DNA of 63,353 nucleotides, counting the filler, from Octopus bimaculoides (lineage: Eukaryota), in NCBI RefSeq assembly GCF_001194135.2. It is 5 parts of 5 records of this genome, joined end to end, with 100 filler letters (N's around TTAATTAATTAA, not from the genome) between each part and the next. Parts side by side here need not be neighbours in the genome. Positions count along the whole stretch, not along the records: positions 19,026 to 43,635 come from NC_068990.1; 4 more parts are not named here. One strand, written 5' to 3'. The translations under genes were made by a program, and so were the position numbers. Shown here one piece after another: positions 25,214-37,900 of this stretch. The number at the start of each line of letters is the position of its first letter. The first letter of the stretch is position 1. Under the pieces are notes generated by a model. That model did no database searches. It was given only the letters and a program-made list of their open reading frames with translations, and was not told the DNA's origin.

Positions 25214-26499
25214 GTAAATATCGTGAAGCATGTTATTTAATTATACTGTCTGTCAATCACAAGTGTGTGTATGTGTGTGGTGTGTAATTATGTGCACATG
25301 TACATACATACACACAAGCGCATTTTTGTGTGTGTGTATAGATGTAAAATGAATGCATGTACGTTCCAAGTTGCAAGCCACAGTTCCACACTTTAGTAGC
25401 TGAAATTTTGCACAAGCGCACAATTATTCAAGCATAAAGATCGTATATAATGCAACTTCATTTTCAGTTGTTTCCTCCTTTGCTACATGCACGCACGCAC
25501 GCACACACACGCACACATACACACACACGTATACAAATAGATAGATAGAGAGAGAGAGGGAAAGAAAGAAAGAGAGAGAGAGAGGGAGAGAGAGGAAGAG
25601 AGAAAGATATATATATATATATATATATANNNNNNNNNNNNNNNNNNNNNNNNNNNNNNNNNNNNNNNNNNNNNNNNNNNNNNNNNNNNNNNNNNNNNNN
25701 NNNNNNNNNNNNNNNNNNNNNNNNNNNNNNNNNNNNNNNNNNNNNNNNNNNNNNNNNNNNNNNNNNNNNNNNNNNNNNNNNNNNNNNNNNNNNNNNNNNN
25801 NNNNNNNNNNNNNNNNNNNNNNNNNNNNNNNNNNNNNNNNNNNNNNNNNNNNNNNNNNNNNNNNNNNNNNNNNNNNNNNNNNNNNNNNNNNNNNNNNNNN
25901 NNNNNNNNNNNNNNNNNNNNNNNNNNNNNNNNNNNNNNNNNNNNNNNNNNNNNNNNNNNNNNNNNNNNNNNNNNNNNNNNNNNNNNNNNNNNNNNNNNNN
26001 NNNNNNNNNNNNNNNNNNNNNNNNNNNNNNNNNNNNNNNNNNNNNNNNNNNNNNNNNNNNNNNNNNNNNNNNNNNNNNNNNNNNNNNNNNNNNNNNNNNN
26101 NNNNNNNNNNNNNNNNNNNNNNNNNNNNNNNNNNNNNNNNNNNNNNNNNNNNNNNNNNNNNNNNNNGTATTATCGGCATTAATTTTTCTCCCACCTGCAG
26201 ATCGTATTATGTATTCTTAAGAGCGCTGACAAGGGATAGTTAGAATGAAAATCATTACATAGTTGCCATCCTGGAGTATGCCTGTTGATTGCTTAGTTTC
26301 GTTAGTAAAAGCAGTCGCTTCAGTTCTTATTCATGAGTGACAGATAGTCAAACGGTTATGGTTATACTTGTAGTCTTGCCATGCAAACAGCAAATTGCTG
26401 AGGTGCTGTTTAGCTTCTTCAAGAATAGATGTGTTTGATGAAGATCTGCTCGGCACAGCCTCATATTCCTTTCTTTCCTCCTGCCTACTCCTCAGTCAT

Positions 26500-27205
26500 C
26501 ACTCTGTGTTTCTCAGTAACGCTAGAGGAATATATTCAAGCAACCTGTTTATAACTTAATACATTGCACTCAAGCTCCACTGGATCTCTAATTCTTAGTC
26601 ATATGTCTTTCCTGGTTTTTTAGCTACTCCTGTCGTACGTGTAACTGTTAGCCGGTCTATCTAGCACACTGAGTTCAACTTTCAGACAGCATTTGCTAAA
26701 CAACTGCAGCAAATATAAATATATAAGCCTAGTGCTGGAAGGCGAAGAGAACAGCATCTTACAAATCGGCAGTGAATTTCTCAGGACGTACCCTCTTCTC
26801 GACAAGCTCCCATATAACCCCTGGAGTATCATACCTCAAAGAAGATCTGGGTGTGAAACGCGCAACATACAAGAAAAACTGTGATGGGTACGTTCTTCGA
26901 AGACTTCAAGATAACATTTATATCGACGTGAAGGGTAGTCTTTTTTGAACTCGTAACAGCTATATCAGACCTCGAATGCTATGCATTTACAATCCAAGAA
27001 CAAGAGATTGCTACAAAATACCTATTAAATAAAAAAGACAGTGAAACCCTTGAAGCATCAAAATGCAACCGAAAGTGTCAATTATGGCACATTTCTGTGG
27101 AACATACTACACATGTGATTAGCAGCTACCCCAAAATATCACGTAAACACTAAATCCCTAAAACGACGCGTCGTTGTCGCTAAAACAATACAAAGTGCCA
27201 TCCGA
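26500..27205 (+). mobile_element. Decayed RLE-type (R4/Dong-like) non-LTR retrotransposon, zinc-knuckle region
   Basis: GYVLRRLQDNIYID, YAFTIQEQEIATKYL, CNRKCQLWHISVEHTTHVISSYPK (degenerate CCHC) and VVAKTIQSAI, with stops and frameshifts. Confidence 0.65.
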
Positions 27206-28284
27206 ATATATATANNNNNNNNNNNNNNNNNNNNNNNNNNNNNNNNNNNNNNNNNNNNNNNNNNNNNNNNNNNNNNNNNNNNNNNNNNNNNNNNNNNNNN
27301 NNNNNNNNNNNNNNNNNNNNNNNNNNNNNNNNNNNNNNNNNNNNNNNNNNNNNNNNNNNNNNNNNNNNNNNNNNNNNNNNNNNNNNNNNNNNNNNNNNNN
27401 NNNNNNNNNNNNNNNNNNNNNNNNNNNNNNNNNNNNNNNNNNNNNNNNNNNNNNNNNNNNNNNNNNNNNNNNNNNNNNNNNNNNNNNNNNNNNNNNNNNN
27501 NNNNNNNNNNNNNNNNNNNNNNNNNNNNNNNNNNNNNNNNNNNNNNNNNNNNNNNNNNNNNNNNNNNNNNNNNNNNNNNNNNNNNNNNNNNNNNNNNNNN
27601 NNNNNNNNNNNNNNNNNNNNNNNNNNNNNNNNNNNNNNNNNNNNNNNNNNNNNNNNNNNNNNNNNNNNNNNNNNNNNNNNNNNNNNNNNNNNNNNNNNNN
27701 NNNNNNNNNNNNNNNNNNNNNNNNNNNNNNNNNNNNNNNNNNNNNNNNNNNNNNNNNNNNNNNNNNNNNNNNNNNNNNNNNNNNNNNNNNNNNNNNNNNN
27801 NNNNNNNNNNNNNNNNNNNNNNNNNNNNNNNNNNNNNNNNNNNNNNNNNNNNNNNNNNNNNNNNNNNNNNNNNNNNNNNNNNAGTATGTGCATATACTGC
27901 TAAATGTATATGTAATCGAACGTGAAAAAATTTAATTTTTAAACGTATATAACTTTTAATATATTCATTGATTTATGTTTTATATTCTATATTTTTCAAA
28001 TAATTATTTACCCTATGTATTTATAAACTCTTTGATTTAAGGTTTTCTTCGATTTATAATAAGATGATTTTATACCGATAATTTGTTCATTGCAATGACC
28101 GTTAGATGAAAGGACCAATGAAACAAAACCATTTTCAAATGCGTATCCATTAAACTTACTGTATATGTTTGCTTATAACCTTGTTTCTGTTCCATTCTAA
28201 ACAAAACTGTCCGACGAACGGGAACGTGAAACTCTGAGTAACACTTTCTGTAATACTTTTGCTGCTTTTCAATAAAGTGTATAT

Positions 28285-28320
<36 letters not shown>

Positions 28321-28619
28321 NNNNNNNNNNNNNNNNNNNNNNNNNNNNNNNNNNNNNNNNNNNNNNNNNNNNNNNNNNNNNNNNNNNNNNNNNNNNNNNN
28401 NNNNNNNNNNNNNNNNNNNNNNNNNNNNNNNNNNNNNNNNNNNNNNNNNNNNNNNNNNNNNNNNNNNNNNNNNNNNNNNNNNNNNNNNNNNNNNNNNNNN
28501 NNNNNNNNNNNNNNNNNNNNNNNNNNNNNNNNNNNNNNNNNNNNNNNNNNNNNNNNNNNNNNNNNNNNNNNNNNNNNNNNTATATATATATATATACATA
28601 CATACATACATACATATAT

Positions 28620-28790
28620 GGGTACAAGACATCACCAGTGGTGCAAATAACATGAAATGCGTAAACAAACGAGTTAAATACGTGAACACCGAGAAAAAAT
28701 AGAAAACAGGACAAGTAAACACAAAGAAAGGGCCCTTCATCAGTTGTCGACTGTGTGTCTACTCCTCATTTCGAGCATGCATAAAAACAA
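28620..28790 (-). mobile_element. (TA)n-embedded short element, GTACCCATATAT-end family
   Basis: Minus strand reads GACAACTGATGAAGGG and ends ..TGTACCCATATATG; shared with the copies at 30.7, 42.5 and 56.2 kb. Confidence 0.6.
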
Positions 28791-28844
28791 ATGCATTTGC
28801 CTATACAAGCTACATACGTATATAAGTGAATGTATGTATGTATG

Positions 28845-28890
<46 letters not shown>

Positions 28891-29296
28891 CATACATGCA
28901 TGCATACACACATGTGCACACATTTATATATACATGCATACACACAAATACATACACATATATGGAGTGGGGGAAGGGAATATAATATCAGTCGTTAACT
29001 AATGTCGTTGACTGTGACAATAAACATGTGCATCTGAGAGACGTCAGATAAGACTTACTGTAAGAGAACCGATTTGTTATTGGTCATATCGTTATCTCAA
29101 CATCCGTTGATGTTATCATGCTATCACCTCGTTCGTGCTGACAGTTGTTGCACTCCAACTTTGTACCCTGTTTGGAAGTGTTATAGACAAAATAGTGAAC
29201 TTTACGATAAGATTTCAGTTTCGGGTTGAACTTATTTCACTTCTTTACTCCAATTGACCTCCGCACAGAAAGAAGAAAGTTTTTAAATACAAAAAG

Positions 29297-29413
29297 GTAA
29301 AGGGTTAAAAACCCCTTCAGTCACGAATGACCATGGGATTGCATCTAGGAAGTTCCCCACAGAGGCACAAGTCTACAACGTTGTTTATGGAAGACCAGCA
29401 ATCGCCCATGTAT
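29297..29413 (-). mobile_element. 3' fragment of the V-like SINE found at 35751
   Basis: Reverse complement of the CCCATGGTCATTC(A/G)TGAC tail. Confidence 0.75.
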
Positions 29414-29962
29414 AACAGAAGTTCAACCCGAAATTTTTAAATATAATTTCTATTTTATTGACTTCCGCTGTGTACTAGGCGTTTTTGCATGATATACGTA
29501 TTATATATGTAATGATTAAATTATATATTTCGCATTTTGTTGTGTGTTGTGATGCGCATGATCCTCCGGACCGCTGGAAAAATTGTCCTGCACGAAACCA
29601 GATCATGGTGCACAAAGGTTTGTGAATCACTGCCTTACGTCATTGAAAAAAAAATGTTTTGATTTCTAATGCAGTCAAAGTTCATTTACATATACACGTA
29701 CACACACTCGCGTGCATGGGTGGAGGTGTTCGCGCATTGGGTGTCGAGTCGGTACAATGTTTTGCAGTATTTATTCTTGCTTTCTGTACTCTGCGTTGAA
29801 ATCTCAGCGCGAGGTCGACTTTTCCCTTTCATTCCTCGGGATCCATAAAAAATAAGAAGCAGCAGTGGGGAGGGGGACATTTCAAATCAGATTAAAAGTT
29901 ATTTCACACACACACACATACACACACACACACACAAAAGGAGCAGGAAAAGGAGGAAAGAA

Positions 29963-30004
<42 letters not shown>

Positions 30005-30354
30005 GTGTGAAATCTCTTGTAATCTGATCTGAAGGGGGATAGGCTTCGCTAGGTTTAAAAAGCCCCAACAATCGACACTTATAACAACATCCGTACGGCT
30101 CCAACGCATGAGTGTATGTGTGTCCCCTTCCTCACTTCTCACATCAACTACCATAACGTCTAACTCTTTCGAAACAGAGATTAAAAAGTCAGTTGCGTGT
30201 GATTGTTGCACCGAATTATGCAATGATATTAGCTTCCTATAAGAAAATATAGACTACTATTCTCGCTATCATATGTATGTATGTATGTATGTATGTATGT
30301 CTGTGTGGTAGTGTTAGTGTGTATCTGTGTGTGCTAGTGTTATATGTGTGTATG

Positions 30355-30396
<42 letters not shown>

Positions 30397-30734
30397 GAAT
30401 GTGTACAGCGTGCGCGTGCTGTGTGCGTGCGTGTGTGTTATTATTTAAACCAGGTCAATTAATAAATAACAATGAAAGAAAAACTGTTCTTCACACAAAC
30501 CTATCTACTTATACATACATACACGCACGTATGCATGTATATATTCACACACACACACACACACACAATCACACACACACAATCACACACACGCAATCAC
30601 ACACACACACGCAATCACACACACACACGCAATCACACACACACACACACACACATATATATAATGATGTAAATAATATATATATATATATATATATATA
30701 TGCATATATACATACATATATGTACATACCTACA

Positions 30735-30908
30735 TATATACATGTATATATGGGTACAGGACGTCAAAAAAAAAAGTGGACAAAATGAGAAACGCGGAGA
30801 AGATAAAACAGGGGACAACTGACGAAAGGAATGTTCTTTATGTTGCCTGTCTCGTTTCTCATTTTGTTCACGTTTTTTACGCCCCGTACCCATATATGCA
30901 TGTATATA
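30735..30908. mobile_element. Palindromic short element inside (TA)n, GTACCCATATAT-end family
   Basis: Imperfect arms of about 55-60 bp at 30735-30794 and 30853-30908; the loop carries GACAACTGACGAAAGG. Confidence 0.75.
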
Positions 30909-32219
30909 TACATATATATGTAGATATATGTACCTATATGTATGNNNNNNNNNNNNNNNNNNNNNNNNNNNNNNNNNNNNNNNNNNNNNNNNNNNNNNNN
31001 NNNNNNNNNNNNNNNNNNNNNNNNNNNNNNNNNNNNNNNNNNNNNNNNNNNNNNNNNNNNNNNNNNNNNNNNNNNNNNNNNNNNNNNNNNNNNNNNNNNN
31101 NNNNNNNNNNNNNNNNNNNNNNNNNNNNNNNNNNNNNNNNNNNNNNNNNNNNNNNNNNNNNNNNNNNNNNNNNNNNNNNNNNGTCTGCTTTTATTTTATA
31201 CTAGCTCAAAAGCTGTCGCTCTCCTTGCAGACTTTTAAGCTGGCTTCTGCGGAGGACAAATTGGGTTTGCAGCCCAAAACTAAAGTGAGAAATAATAATA
31301 AAGCGTTTATTGGTATCCTACTATCTCAGATTTATATCACTGAGTATCACATTTGGGGAACTTTGTATCACAATGATATTTGGAGTTCTCTGTAAAGCAG
31401 TAAAGTACATACATTTTGTACATCCATCCATACATTCTGTACATACATACTATACATACATACATACATACATACATACATACATACGTGCATACATACA
31501 TACATACATACATACGTGCATACATACATTCTGTATATACACACATACAAACATCCTGTACATACATACATACATACATACATACATACATTCTTACTTA
31601 TTTACTCTATAACTCTCTTGTTGATTTGCCTAAATTCCAACGAAAGAAGTTTACGTCTGAAATGAGGCTCTTTTTCTTTTGGTGAGAGTTTTCAAAACTA
31701 AAACCAAAACTACGCACAATTAATTGAAACGTATCTGAGTTTTAAGCTCTAATATCTTATTTGCGTTATTAAATGTTGGAGAATCAATGTCAGTGTCTGT
31801 TTTAATCCGTCCGTTGTTAAGGTAAACAACTTCAATATTTGCCCGTCTAAATGCTGCTTATTAAGTTGGTTGTAAGATTAACTTTGTACACTATATTTAA
31901 AGCGTCATTGTTTATGGCGAACAAAGAAAGGCAAACAGATAGGCATTGGAATAATAAATTATACTATGTAAATGCTATGTAGGAGACTTTTAATTGTCAA
32001 TTAATCTCGCCAGTTTGCAAGTTGAGTTTTGAAGACACAAAGGAACGATATTGTTGCTGTTATTCTCTTAATCATATACGGAAGTTGCATCAAGAAAGGT
32101 CCCACTTTGCAGTCTCTAGTTCTTTAGTTCGTTTCTGGTTTTCAAGAATCTGTTTTAACAGTAAATACAGTGAATTCTCAACAGTCTAATGGTTTCGGTT
32201 AAAATTTCGTAAGTATCAT

Positions 32220-32670
32220 AAGGCACAGGCGTGCCTGTGTGGTAAGAAGTTAGCTTCCCAACCACATGGTTCCGGCTTCAGTCTCATTGCTTGGCTCCTT
32301 GGACAAATGTCTTCTACCATAGCCCTAAGCCAACCAAAGCCTTTGTGAGTGGATTTGGTAGACAGAAACTGAAAGAAAATTGTCGCATATGTACATATAT
32401 CTAAACATCAATATATGATATATATGTGTGTATGTTATTTATGTGTGTGTATCTCATTATGTTTGTGTTTGTTCCCCAACACTGCTTGACAACCGGTCTT
32501 GGTGTGCTTACGTCCCCGTAACTTAGCAGTTCAGCAAAAAGAGACCGAGGGAATAAGTACCAGGCTTAAAAAAGTCCTATGGTCGATTCGTGCGACTAAA
32601 GTTCTCCAAGGCGGTGCCCCAGCATGGCTGCGTTTTACTCAATGAAACCAGTAAACAATAAACGATAAAA
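32220..32670 (+). mobile_element. Composite SINE family B
   Basis: Head, microsatellite spacer and 3' half, collinear with the copy at 56398. Confidence 0.8.
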
Positions 32671-32939
32671 AAATCACACTTCAACCAGACTGGTTCACTA
32701 AGTAGCGCTCCGATTCTGCTGATTCCTCCGTTTCTCGACCAAGATGGCTCCACGTGCAGTACCTACATGGAGAAACTTTCTACATTTTTTTCACTCTTTA
32801 CTACCAGCTCCCTGATACTGAAACCCTATTAGAAACCTCCAAACCACCTCTTCTAATAAAATAAGGACAGAGCTTCTTACAAGGCCTCTTGATCTTCTAA
32901 AAGTAGTAACCAAATCGCCTCCATATATTTTTGTAATAT

Positions 32940-33700
32940 TGATGTCAAATTTTGGCACAAGGCCAACAGTTATGGGGTGAGGAGTAAGGCGATTCAATTG
33001 ATCCCAGTGCTCAACTGGTACTTATTTTATCGACTTCAACAGGATGAAAGGCAAAGTCGACCTCAATAGAATCTGAACTCAGAGTGTGAAAACGGGCGAG
33101 ATGCTACTAAGCATTTTCCCCGGCGGCTAATGACTCTGCCTACTCGCCACCTTAAATATATTTTTGCATATTAGAAGAGATTATTATTAGCTATCATTTG
33201 AAGGCGGCAAACAGGCATAATCGTTATGTCGGTGGTCAAAGGACAAAATGCTTAGCGGCATTTCTTCTAATTTCGCATTCTGAGTTCAACTTGTGTCTGT
33301 TAAGCACTAGGGTCAATATAATCGACTCACTGCCATCCACTAAAATTATTAACCGTGTATCAAAATTTGAAACCGTACTTATGTATCAATGGTGCGTCGG
33401 CATTTTTGATGTTCATGACTATTTACAGTGTAAATAAAGTGAAGTGATTTGTGCTAGAAATCGAAACCGCGTCACGGTGTTTCCTCTTGCTCATTTATAT
33501 CGATATCAAATTTTGGTACGAGACCAGCGATTTTTGAGGAGAGGGGCTCAGTCGATTACATCGATCCCAGTGCTCAACTGGTACTTATTTTATCGACCCC
33601 GAAAGAGTGAAAGGCAAAAGTGACTTGGGCGGAATTTGAACTCAGAACGTAAAAGACAGCCGAAATTTCGCCCGGCTGCTAACAAATTTGCTAGTGCATC
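32940..33700. mobile_element. Cluster of three SINE family A copies (minus 32940-33155, plus 33200-33380, minus 33505-33700)
   Basis: Each carries the family A head and core motifs. Confidence 0.75.
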
Positions 33701-34790
33701 TGTTTCTTGCTAATCTATATTAAGACAATAATTTCTGATATGGGTTCCAGGCAGAATTTTTTTAACATTTTTGCGCGCCAGTGCTTGGCTTGCATTTTGT
33801 CTAGCACTCTATTTAGTCCATCATATCAATTTATATTAATAAGTTGAATTATCCCATCGACATGATTTTCTAAATTTGCATCTGAAGAATAAACGAAATT
33901 ATGTGACATTTTTGGATGAGTGGTAGCAGCATAAATGAAGTGAAGTCTAGATTGTAGTTTCATCTCACCTAGAGCTTAGTTCACTACTAATCCACAATGC
34001 ATGCTATGGTTTTATAGTAAAACAGCGATTTCTTTTGACTTGGACTTACAAAGAACTTAAAAAGAACTATTGTATTGTACTACTGGGGTTTGTTCTATCG
34101 ACCGTTGCGAAATGCAAAGTAAAATCCACTCTCATAGGGATTTCAACGTAGGACGTTAAAAGGATCGAATTAATACGGCAAAGCATTTAGTATGGCTCTT
34201 TGCTTCTGCAATCTCACTTCCTATTATTTATATAACAAAAATGTGAACATTTTTAGTTTATTTTTATTGTAAACATGTTTGACAAGTGCATTTGACTTTT
34301 TCTAACATTTTAGCACCTTATTCAGTGAAACCAAAGTTTGATTTATAGCAAGTAGTAAATTATCAGGGAAAAAAAGGAAAAAAATTTATTATCGTTTTAA
34401 ATCAAATGTCTACACATGTAGGCGTCTTAAGCAATGTTTTACTGTTATTTTTACAAGAATTACTGCGTATCCCTAAACGTCGACAAAATAACTGGTGTGT
34501 TGTTTCTAGAAATAAAGACTCCATAGTAAAATGTCATTTAATGGTTTGAAAAAGGACAAAACACTCTTGTATAACCATACAACATTTTATTACTTTTAGT
34601 GTAAACGGTGTTAGGTGCTTTCAGTAAAGTACAACATCGTTCAAAAGTAATTGGAATGGGTGTATCTGATAATATTTTCTAAATGTGTAATATTAATCGG
34701 AATGAAAAGTATAATGGAAAATTTGAACTTACGTCATATGAAAAATAGACACAGAATGGTAACGGGACATGCCTTTCTTTTTTTTTTTAA

Positions 34791-35006
34791 CCCTTTAGCA
34801 TTCAGATTACTCTGTTAAATGTAATGTTTCTCTTATCACGTTATTTTGAATTAACCATGCATTATCCTGTAGCTTTGAGATTTCAATGATGTGATAATTT
34901 TTAGAATGATATTTTAGGGTAAGTATGACAGTCTGGATCAGGCCAATATGAGCATAAAACAGGTAGAATATTTGGGCCAGAAATGGCCGGTTTAAATTCT
35001 AAAGGG
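34791..35006. mobile_element. piggyBac-like MITE
   Basis: TTAA TSD on both sides (34787-34790 and 35007-35010); TIR CCCTTTAG(C/A)ATT. Confidence 0.85.
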
Positions 35007-35702
35007 TTAATGAGCTGATATGGAGGGAAGAGTTGAATTTATGGCCTTCTCAAGGCTTACCATAATGGTAGGTGTCGACGCAGTTAATGTATTTTAATAG
35101 CTGCTTGTTGGCTTCAAGTTAAATGCAAGAAGGGATGGGGGTTCTATAGGGTTGAAGTCCTGGGAAGGAAAGACTAAAAGAAATTGCTGCTGCAGGGGCA
35201 AGGAGGTGGTCGGAATATGACCGGGGAGTTCTTTAAAGCTGTTATCTCATTTCTGTTCAGAATCCACTATCTCATAACTGAGCTGGATATAAACTTACAT
35301 GTCATCTTCCAGTTGAAGTTGTCTGCTACAGATAAATATTCAAGAATATAAGAAAACATCTTATCTTTCCATTAGCTCCATACTTTTTGTACAGTATAAT
35401 TTCTTAGTTTTTACTCTTCAGCCTATTTGTTATTGACCAGGGTCTTTTGCTTGATTTCATAGCATAAACATTAGACTTTCAAGCAAATCTTCGGTAATAA
35501 TTACAGTTTCAGCAATAGGAGGCTATATCCAAAGAAGCCAACGGAAGTGGGGCTAATTATATAAGTTATCGTTAAACATGAGAGTGAAATATTCCATTGG
35601 ATAATATACTAGTCCAGCCATCACAAGTTATTTTGGCTGTGGGAGGAATTGAACTCGGTACAGCAAGGCATGTATGTATGTATGTATGTATGTATGTATG
35701 TA

Positions 35703-35750
<48 letters not shown>

Positions 35751-35752
<2 letters not shown>

Positions 35753-36090
35753 CGCATGGCTCAGTGGTTAGAGCGTCGTGCTCACATTCATGAGGTAGTG
35801 AGTTCGATTCCTGGACTGGGCTGTGTCTTGTGTTCTTGAGCAAGACACATTAAATCACATTCCACCAGTTTACTCAGCTCTAGAAATGAGTTGCGATGCC
35901 ATTCGTGCCAAGCTGTATCGGCCTTTGCCTATTCCTTGGATAACGTTAGTGGCATGGAGAGGGGAGGCTGGTATGCATGGGCGACTGCTGGTCTTCCGTA
36001 AACAACCTTGCCCGGACTTGTACTTAGGATGGTAACTTTCTAGGTGTAATCCCATGGTCATTCACGACCGAAGGTGGTCTTTACCATTTT
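35751..36090 (+). mobile_element. Full-length tRNA-derived SINE with V-domain-like motif
   Basis: A-box TGGCTCAGTGGTTAGAGC, B-box GTTCGATTCC, motif GTGTTCTTGAGCAAGACAC; flanked by microsatellites. Confidence 0.8.
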
Positions 36091-37320
36091 GTATGTATGT
36101 ATGTATGTATGTATGTATGTATGTATGTATGTATGTATGATTTTTATCCCATTATTGAATTTATTAATTGAATATATATCCGGAATATATTCAGTGCTGA
36201 ATTTTATTCCGTTTTAGACACGTGTACCGAGAGCGACTCAAAAAATTTCCCGCTTTTTGCATAGATGTATAAGGATAAGCATTATTCCGTTTGCTATGTC
36301 GGATACATAAGGTGTTCGTTTTGGTAAGGTGAGGATTTTGTTTATTTTTATATGCCTGTACCATACTATACTGATGAGCGAAAGCTAGATTTTATTCTGG
36401 TAATCGTGAAATCGTTCGATATATAGTTGAGTTAATATTTTTGAAAAGGTTGGTTTTTTTAAGAGTTGCATTTCCTCGCATTCGGTAAAAAAAAATGTGT
36501 TTATTTGGGAAGTCTAGTGTGTGGCATTATTCTGTANNNNNNNNNNNNNNNNNNNNNNNNNNNNNNNNNNNNNNNNNNNNNNNNNNNNNNNNNNNNNNNN
36601 NNNNNNNNNNNNNNNNNNNNNNNNNNNNNNNNNNNNNNNNNNNNNNNNNNNNNNNNNNNNNNNNNNNNNNNNNNNNNNNNNNNNNNNNNNNNNNNNNNNN
36701 NNNNNNNNNNNNNNNNNNNNNNNNNNNNNNNNNNNNNNNNNNNNNNNNNNNNNNNNNNNNNNNNNNNNNNNNNNNNNNNNNNNNNNNNNNNNNNNNNNNN
36801 NNNNNNNNNNNNNNNNNNNNNNNNNNNNNNNNNNNNNNNNNNNNNNNNNNNNNNNNNNNNNNNNNNNNNNNNNNNNNNNNNNNNNNNNNNNNNNNNNNNN
36901 NNNNNNNNNNNNNNNNNNNNNNNNNNNNNNNNNNNNNNNNNNNNNNNNNNNNNNNNNNNNNNNNNNNNNNNNNNNNNNNNNNNNNNNNNNNNNNNNNNNN
37001 NNNNNNNNNNNNNNNNNNNNNNNNNNNNNNNNNNNNNNNNNNNNNNNNNNNNNNNNNNNNNNNNNNNNNNNNNNNNNNNNNNNNNNNNNNNNNNNNNNNN
37101 NNNNNNNNNNNNNNNNNNNNNNNNNNNNNNNNNNNNNNNNNNNNNNNNNNNNNNNNNNNNNNNNNNNNNNNNNNNNNNNNNNNNNNNNNNNNNNNNNNNN
37201 NNNNNNNNNNNNNNNNNNNNNNNNNNNNNNNNNNNNNNNNNNNNNNNNNNNNNNNNNNNNNNNNNNNNNNNNNNNNNNNNNNNNNNNNNNNNNNNNNNNN
37301 NNGGGGGGGGGGGATATTAA

Positions 37321-37900
37321 TCTCATAAGAGTGGAAAAAGAAACAACAAATGGGTTGTACCAATTTTAAGAGCATTCAAATGCCACTGCAACGTTGAAAT
37401 CGTTGCCTCAGTGAGGTCAGTTAAGTACGTCATCAAGTACATGCGGAAGGGAAATGACCAAGTTGCTGTTCAAATAAACAATGATAACGAAATTAGTCAA
37501 TATCTAATGGATAGTTATAATAGACCATCCGAAGCAGTTGCATCCATTTTAAGATTTTCAATACATGAAAGAGCACTTGTAATTGTGAGAACTGCAAGTT
37601 CATCTAGCGGATGAACAAAGAATATTGCTCAGAAATTATGAGGATGTATATGGCTGTCAATGAACGATATATGAGAACAACACTGGCAGAATTCTTTTCA
37701 TTGTGCATCAGTGATGACTTTGCAAAAACATTACTTTATGATGAAGTACCCACGTATTTCACTTAGAAATGTAGAATCAAAGAATAACAAAGAAGAAAGT
37801 TAGGGAAAATAGTTGAAGGCCATTTGAATGTTTTCAAAGAAGAAACACTTTAGCCGTGTTTATGATGTCCCACCAATGGCAGGAGAACTGTATTAAATAA
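37321..37900 (+). mobile_element. Helitron RepHel fragment (pseudogene)
   Basis: CHCNVEIVASVRSVKYVIKYMRKGND, EISQY..SEAV..ILRFSIHER and RTTLAEFFSLCISDDFAKTLLYDEVPTYFT are typical of the Rep-helicase linker. Confidence 0.85.

Noticed and set aside
29055-29170. Minus-strand acceptor/donor pair with a CNNC motif
   Set aside because: Stops in all three frames between the sites.
35061-35159. 99-bp minus-strand segment with strong acceptor and GTAAGC donor
   Set aside because: Stops in all three frames; the surrounding sequence looks like decayed retroelement.
36368-36392. CTGATGAGCGAAAGCTAG hammerhead-like string
   Set aside because: No room for a stem II loop and no stem I complementarity; at best a decayed relic.
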